A stretch of 64,000 nt of DNA from NCBI GenBank assembly GCA_002478265.1, contig DLNC01000010.1, positions 7,986 to 71,985 of the forward strand. Reading direction: 5' to 3'. Below are positions 59,300 to 64,000 of the stretch, piece by piece. A program made the translations under genes and the position numbers. The notes under the pieces were generated by a model. It did no database searches. It saw only the letters and a list, made by a program, of their open reading frames with translations, and had not been told where the DNA came from. Every line of letters begins with the position of its first letter. Positions within the stretch are counted from its first letter, which is position 1. Source of the stretch: Syntrophaceae bacterium UBA7520. GTDB lineage: Bacteria > Desulfobacterota > Syntrophia > Syntrophales > Smithellaceae.

Positions 59300-62200
59300 A
59301 TGCAAAGCAACAAGATTATTTTACGCTTTGTCTGTATAATTACGCTGGTAATTTTTCTTGCACTGCCGGGATTTGTCCGGGCGGATGACCCGGAACTGCC
59401 GCCGGACAATGACGAGCAGGATACCTTTGCCGATGTGAGTCCCGACGCGCTCATCGTGCTGGATTTATCCGGTTCGATGCTCTGGACGCCGGCAGGAAGT
59501 AAAATGTATGTCCAGAGCGCCCAAAGTTGTTTGGGGAGTGGCGTTCCTCATTATGCAACGCAGGGTTCAGGAATGAAGCTATGTACAATTGATCCCTATG
59601 GAACAGTGCCTAAATATTCAAATTCGTCTTGTTCGGGCCCGTTTTACACGACGGCACAGACCGGTTATGCCACCAACTGCTCCCGCGTCGCGATCGCCAA
59701 AAGGGCGCTTTTTGCCGTGCTGGATGACAACAGCGACGGTAAAGTGGATAAATACGATGCTGAAACCCTCGGCATCAGAATAGGGTATATGCGTTTCCGC
59801 GGCGGCAATGACACGGGAGGTGATTACGCCTCCGGCAACAATCAGTTGATTAAGGAAATAAGCAAGCTTGGTTCCATGACCGGCACGTCTTATCAGTATA
59901 CTTATTGCGGTAAGACCGGTTCTACATCTTCGTGTATTATTACTGATACCTGCAGCGCGAACGTTAACTGCATCGCGCGTTCCGAAGCAGAAGCCACCGG
60001 AGGTACGCCGCTGGTTTATTCGCTCAAGGAAGCAAAAAAATATTTTGATATACATAAAGATAGAGACCCGGCCAAGGAATGCCGTCAGAAATTTGTTATT
60101 TTTGTATCCGACGGCGCGGATACATATGTTTGCGATGGCGGAGGGGCGGAATGCCAAACGCACATGTATAAACGCCGTAGGGAAAGCGTGGCAGCCGCCA
60201 AAGCGCTGGCTGACGCCGGTTATCGTGTGTTTGTTGTCGGATTCGGCGCCGACATGCCCGCTTATTTAAAGAACACGCTCGAGTGGATGGCTTATTACGG
60301 CGGCACAAACAACCCGCGCGTTCCTGACAGCGGCAATACGCAATCATATAACTTGCCGGTAGGTTGCAACTCCGAACCGCCCGTTGCTGGTGCTTGTTGT
60401 ATCTTTCCCGCCAGCGCCACCGGCGCGTCAACTACTCCGGCTGCCTGCTATCCGGATGGGATGTCATCATGCGCAGATTTACCGGCAACATCCGATACTG
60501 CCTATTGTACAGAAACAAGCTCTCCAACCTTCAGGACAACCACCGCGGGTACAGATCCCGGTTACGAAACGCTCAGCGGCTATGCGTTTCTGGCGCAGGA
60601 TGGTGATGAATTAACGGCGGCATTAAAGAGCGCTATTTCCACCATCCGTGAAACCACTTATTCTTTCACGCAGGCATCGATTCAGGCTATCCGCACGGCT
60701 GATGAAAATTTCATTTATGAGGCGTCTTTTGAACCGGTAAGTTTTTGTCCCTTCTGGCTTGGTTATCTAAAAAGGTATAACTTGGATGCGGCCGGTAACC
60801 TCATCGTCCCTACCAACTGGGACGCGGGAGCGGTTTTGTCCAACCAAAGCGCCAGCGGCAGAAATATGTTTACCTTAATCGGAAACGCCCGAGAGGAATT
60901 TAGCGTATTTAATTCGAGCATTACCGAGGCCCACTTGAATGCCAATTCTTCCACGGAAAGAAACATGATTATCAATTATTTCCGTGGTGGCGAAAAGATT
61001 TCCGAAGATCCTTTAAAATATTGGCGTTTGGGGGATATCTTCCATTCTTCGCCTCTGTCTATCGCTACGCCCAATTTGCTCTTCTACGATCGGTGGGATA
61101 AAAGCTATCCAAAAGCATATAACGAATTTCGTGACGATCATATCCGCACGTCGGCCAATGGCAAACGCCTGATGATTGTGGGCGCCAATGACGGCCAGCT
61201 CCATGCTTTTCGCACGGGAGAGCTGGGTGATGGCGGTGGTACGGAAATGTGGAGCTTTATCCCGCCTAACCAGTTACGTCGGCTTAAACTAATTGCCCAT
61301 CCTTCACACCCGACTTCCTTAGTGCGTCAGTATTATGTGGATGGGCCGACCAGCGCCGCCGAAATTTGGATAAAGAACGGCGCGGCGACAACTATTGATA
61401 ATACCTATAAGTCAAAAGAAGAATGGATGACTTTATTAGTGACCTCGCAGGGCCGCGGCGGCATGACCACGCTATGGAGTTCATCGACCGGCTGTGATTC
61501 CGGTTTCAGTCCCGATTATACGACGACCTATAATAATTATTGCGGTTATTACGCCTTTGACATTAGCGATACGGCAAGTCTCCCTATTTACAAATGGCGT
61601 ATCGGCGGTAATGCCGGATTAACGGCGCTGCACGGCAAGCACCTGGCTCAGCCCTGGAGCAAGATGACTATGGGGCGTGTGCGCATTAACAATACGGAAA
61701 GATGGGTAGGATTGATCGGCGGCGGATATTCCGGCTGCGGACGTGTTGTCGGACAATGCGATGAGCGCGGCAAATCCTTTTATGTCATCGATTTAAAGGA
61801 CGGTTCAATTCTCTGGACGTATAATTACGCGACCGACGCGACGATGAATTATGATCTTGTAGCTGGGCCCACGGCCGTGGATTCCGACAATGACGGTTTT
61901 TGGGATACGGCTTATGTCGGCGATTTGGGTGGCAACATCTGGCGGTTTAAATTCTGCACAAAAACTGAAGCGGAAGCAACGGGAGGTTGCGGCATTGCCA
62001 ATTGGAGCGGGAAAAAATTGCTGAATGAACCTGCGCAATCGACCATCAGGCCTATTTACACTTCTGTAACTGTGGCGGTTGACCCGGAATTTAATCTGTG
62101 GGTTTATGTTGGAACAGGAGACAAGACTAATCCCACCGCCCCCAATGCCCAGGAAAGGTTGTACGCGATTAAGGACGCCGATCGGACGAGTACTTACACC

Positions 62201-62647
62201 ATAGCGGATCTGCTGAATTTAGGTTCCTCCGGCGTGTATGACCCCAATGATCCGGGCGGACAGATTGGCTGGTATATTACTTTTTCCGGGTCGGAGAAAG
62301 TATTGGCGGAACCGGTTGTTTATCAAGGAAACGTTTATTTTACCACTTATGTGCCGAACAAAGGTGGCTCAGATCCCTGTAATACGGCCGGGCAGGCATT
62401 GGTTTATAATCTGGATTATATAACCGGCGCGGGGCAATGGGAAGGTGGAGCCAGATCGATCAGTTTAGGAGAGGGCAGCGGTGTGCCGTCAGCGGTGGTT
62501 GTGTCTGTCAGTCCCGAAGGAGATGTAAATCTTTATGTTTCAACCAGTGTGGCCAGAGGTGGGGCGCATGGAACGCCAATAGCGGATCCAAGCCTACAGC
62601 CGGCTTCAGGCAGTTTAATTTACTGGCAGGATATGCGTATTCGCTGA
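59300..62647 (+). CDS. pilY1: PilY1-like type IV pilus tip adhesin with N-terminal von Willebrand A domain
   Basis: Signal peptide and vWA MIDAS motif (VLDLSGSM, GGTPL, FVSDGADT). C-terminal PilY1 beta-propeller motifs (GANDGQLHAF, DSDNDGFWDTAYVGDLGGNIWRF). 1115 aa. Confidence 0.85.
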   Translation: MQSNKIILRFVCIITLVIFLALPGFVRADDPELPPDNDEQDTFADVSPDALIVLDLSGSMLWTPAGSKMYVQSAQSCLGSGVPHYATQGSGMKLCTIDPYGTVPKYSNSSCSGPFYTTAQTGYATNCSRVAIAKRALFAVLDDNSDGKVDKYDAETLGIRIGYMRFRGGNDTGGDYASGNNQLIKEISKLGSMTGTSYQYTYCGKTGSTSSCIITDTCSANVNCIARSEAEATGGTPLVYSLKEAKKYFDIHKDRDPAKECRQKFVIFVSDGADTYVCDGGGAECQTHMYKRRRESVAAAKALADAGYRVFVVGFGADMPAYLKNTLEWMAYYGGTNNPRVPDSGNTQSYNLPVGCNSEPPVAGACCIFPASATGASTTPAACYPDGMSSCADLPATSDTAYCTETSSPTFRTTTAGTDPGYETLSGYAFLAQDGDELTAALKSAISTIRETTYSFTQASIQAIRTADENFIYEASFEPVSFCPFWLGYLKRYNLDAAGNLIVPTNWDAGAVLSNQSASGRNMFTLIGNAREEFSVFNSSITEAHLNANSSTERNMIINYFRGGEKISEDPLKYWRLGDIFHSSPLSIATPNLLFYDRWDKSYPKAYNEFRDDHIRTSANGKRLMIVGANDGQLHAFRTGELGDGGGTEMWSFIPPNQLRRLKLIAHPSHPTSLVRQYYVDGPTSAAEIWIKNGAATTIDNTYKSKEEWMTLLVTSQGRGGMTTLWSSSTGCDSGFSPDYTTTYNNYCGYYAFDISDTASLPIYKWRIGGNAGLTALHGKHLAQPWSKMTMGRVRINNTERWVGLIGGGYSGCGRVVGQCDERGKSFYVIDLKDGSILWTYNYATDATMNYDLVAGPTAVDSDNDGFWDTAYVGDLGGNIWRFKFCTKTEAEATGGCGIANWSGKKLLNEPAQSTIRPIYTSVTVAVDPEFNLWVYVGTGDKTNPTAPNAQERLYAIKDADRTSTYTIADLLNLGSSGVYDPNDPGGQIGWYITFSGSEKVLAEPVVYQGNVYFTTYVPNKGGSDPCNTAGQALVYNLDYITGAGQWEGGARSISLGEGSGVPSAVVVSVSPEGDVNLYVSTSVARGGAHGTPIADPSLQPASGSLIYWQDMRIR

Positions 62648-62735
62648 TAATAGTAGAAAAGGACTTGACAGCGAAAAATCATCTGTATAAAGTGTCGCGC
62701 AAAGGTAGTAGAAAGCGGGAAGGATTTTTAGATAA

Positions 62736-62909
62736 ATGAGTTCGGAAAAAAAATATTGCGCGATTTGCGCCTGGCGCGTGGGATGCCAGAAACGTTTCAG
62801 CGTGGTTACCGATTCCCAGGGATGCGTGCGCTGCCCTGATTATTCCCGGGATTTGTCCATTAAAGACAGCGATATCGAGGAAGCAGTGAAAAAAGATCAG
62901 CAGGCCTGA
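62736..62909 (+). CDS. 57-aa zinc-ribbon-like small protein
   Basis: Not in the ORF track. CAIC...C...CVRC cysteine pattern. Possible promoter TTGACA 62665 / TATAAA 62686. The stop lies inside the terminator loop. Confidence 0.35.
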   Translation: MSSEKKYCAICAWRVGCQKRFSVVTDSQGCVRCPDYSRDLSIKDSDIEEAVKKDQQA

Positions 62910-62926
62910 AGTCCTTGCTGATCTTT
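62889..62926. terminator. Bidirectional Rho-independent terminator between the zinc-ribbon ORF (+) and the PilZ gene (-)
   Basis: AAAGAUCAGCA(.)GG - 8-nt loop - CCUUGCUGAUCUUU, a 13-bp stem with one bulge. U6 tract on the minus-strand side and a U-rich stretch on the plus side. Confidence 0.7.
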
Positions 62927-62944
62927 ATCATTGGTTTTCATATT

Positions 62945-63514
62945 TTAGTAAATATATTTGCTGATAGTATTATCCTCGTCAAAAACAACGGCCACGTGCT
63001 TGCGGTGAAATTCGTCGTCCCATCGGCGCAGAATTTTTCCTTCCACGCAAACTTCTGCCTCATCAAACTGAAACTTCAGGTTGACGTTAGTGCCAATCTT
63101 AACGGAATGATCAGCTTCATACATAATCAGGTGGGCGCCGTTGCTGGAAATATCCACGACCTGGGTTTCTTTTTTCTGGCATCTGACGCGGACTTTCGGC
63201 AGCAGGTTTTTTTTGATCCGCGGCCAGCGGCGCAACTCGCACGGCGCCGGATCGTTTAATTTGTAAAGTATCAGCCGTCCTTCGGCGGTAATGGCTTTTA
63301 TTCGGGCTTCGAAACCGATTCGGCCGGTTTTCCCGTCGTCGATAAAATAAGTAACAAAAATAATCTCGTTCAAGTGTTCTTGGGTTATGGCAGGTTTAGT
63401 CTGGTCTACTGAAATATATTCGTTGGGAAGCTGTTGCTGAAAGCGGGAAATTCTGATCTCTTTCTTGTTTAAGATAAGGTATATTTTTTGTTCAGGTCGT
63501 ATATTCAGATGCAT
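62945..63514 (-). CDS. PilZ-domain protein (YcgR-like two-domain c-di-GMP receptor)
   Basis: C-terminal RRxxxR-type motif (LRRWPRIK) and DxSxxG (DISSNGAHL) at the correct spacing for a PilZ domain. Confidence 0.7.
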   Translation of the reverse strand: MHLNIRPEQKIYLILNKKEIRISRFQQQLPNEYISVDQTKPAITQEHLNEIIFVTYFIDDGKTGRIGFEARIKAITAEGRLILYKLNDPAPCELRRWPRIKKNLLPKVRVRCQKKETQVVDISSNGAHLIMYEADHSVKIGTNVNLKFQFDEAEVCVEGKILRRWDDEFHRKHVAVVFDEDNTISKYIY

Positions 63515-63719
63515 ATTTATTCATCATTCTCGTAAGTGATAAATGAAGAGAAAAGCAAAAAACCTAAACTAATTAGAATTTAAGATATATAAATATCATT
63601 AGTCAAGTAATTTTCCGAGTTAATCCTTGCATTGCCGCTTGCGAAAAGACAGAAAATGTAATAGGAGAGCGCTCATTAAAACATTCATCAAAGATTATAT
63701 TTAGGGAGGATTTATTAAA

Positions 63720-63893
63720 ATGCCCCAGAAAGACAGCACTCAGGCACTGCAACATGACAAACGCATTATTTCCCGCCGTCTCCTGTCCGGTGAATTATCT
63801 GAAAAAGAACTTGGCTCTTTGTTGAAAAAGCTTCCTGATGTGGCGGAAAACGCTGAAGAAATCTCCTTCGAAGAAGCTGAAGATAAGCAATAA
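63720..63893 (+). CDS. 57-aa acidic small protein, unknown function
   Basis: AGGGAGGA RBS 9 nt upstream. The stop overlaps the tatD ATG (TAATG). Confidence 0.3.
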   Translation: MPQKDSTQALQHDKRIISRRLLSGELSEKELGSLLKKLPDVAENAEEISFEEAEDKQ

Positions 63894-64000
63894 TGCTCAT
63901 TGACGCCCACGCCCATCTGGAAATGAAGGAGTTTGACGCGGACCGTGAGGCAGTTCTCGGACGGGCGGCGGCGGCGGGCGTTGATTATATTATCACCGTT
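63893..64000 (+). CDS. tatD: TatD-family metal-dependent hydrolase (3' end outside window)
   Basis: MLIDAHAHLEM start (HxH metal motif). The ORF runs off the window edge. Confidence 0.7.
   Translation, partial: MLIDAHAHLEMKEFDADREAVLGRAAAAGVDYIITV

Noticed and set aside
62690-62735. CGCGCAAAGG motif upstream of the zinc-ribbon micro-ORF, considered as a second GEMM-I junction
   Set aside because: Only this one block is present. There is no GCAAACC or GNRA hairpin and no receptor, and the leader is far too short (under 45 nt from the likely promoter) for an aptamer.

Overview
Densely coded 64-kb bacterial chromosomal segment with about 75 protein genes. I saw no rRNA, tRNA, CRISPR array, transposase or integrase. 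Gene content suggests an anaerobic Desulfobacterota/Geobacter-like organism: 4-subunit 2-oxoacid:ferredoxin oxidoreductase, a siroheme-decarboxylase-type AsnC protein next to hemL, a giant BcrAD/BadFG activase fusion, a Geobacter-like ATP synthase c subunit, and sigma54 components. This taxonomy is inference only. Most of the window is ordinary housekeeping: ntrYX-like two-component system, dnaJ, purC, rsmB, fmt, priA, dksA, rsfS, truA, mutL, miaA, valS, nadC, ndk, birA, coaX, coaE, gmd/fcl, hemL, ribD and atp genes. Four places stand out. (1) At 55.8-63.5 kb there is a type IV pilus block: pilD, four minor pilins and a vWA-PilY1. It is preceded by what reads as a GEMM-I cyclic-dinucleotide riboswitch carrying an A at the ligand-specificity position (GEMM-Ib/cGAMP-like). 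The block also has a textbook sigma54 promoter, a truncated paralog of the pilY1 5' end, and a PilZ gene downstream. (2) At 19.3-22.3 kb there is a small accessory islet. higBA abuts an ABC operon that has permeases only. A vapBC cassette is bracketed by an intact and a decayed copy of the 3' end of a GT25-like gene, followed by a 16-bp perfect inverted-repeat element. (3) At 39.4-43.7 kb a 1438-aa single polypeptide fuses two radical-enzyme activase ATPases to dehydratase-like Cys-rich modules. (4) atpE is monocistronic, detached from atpZ-atpI-atpB, and encodes a signal-peptide-like presequence. All calls rest on reading the translations and sequence by eye. No database search or folding program was run.
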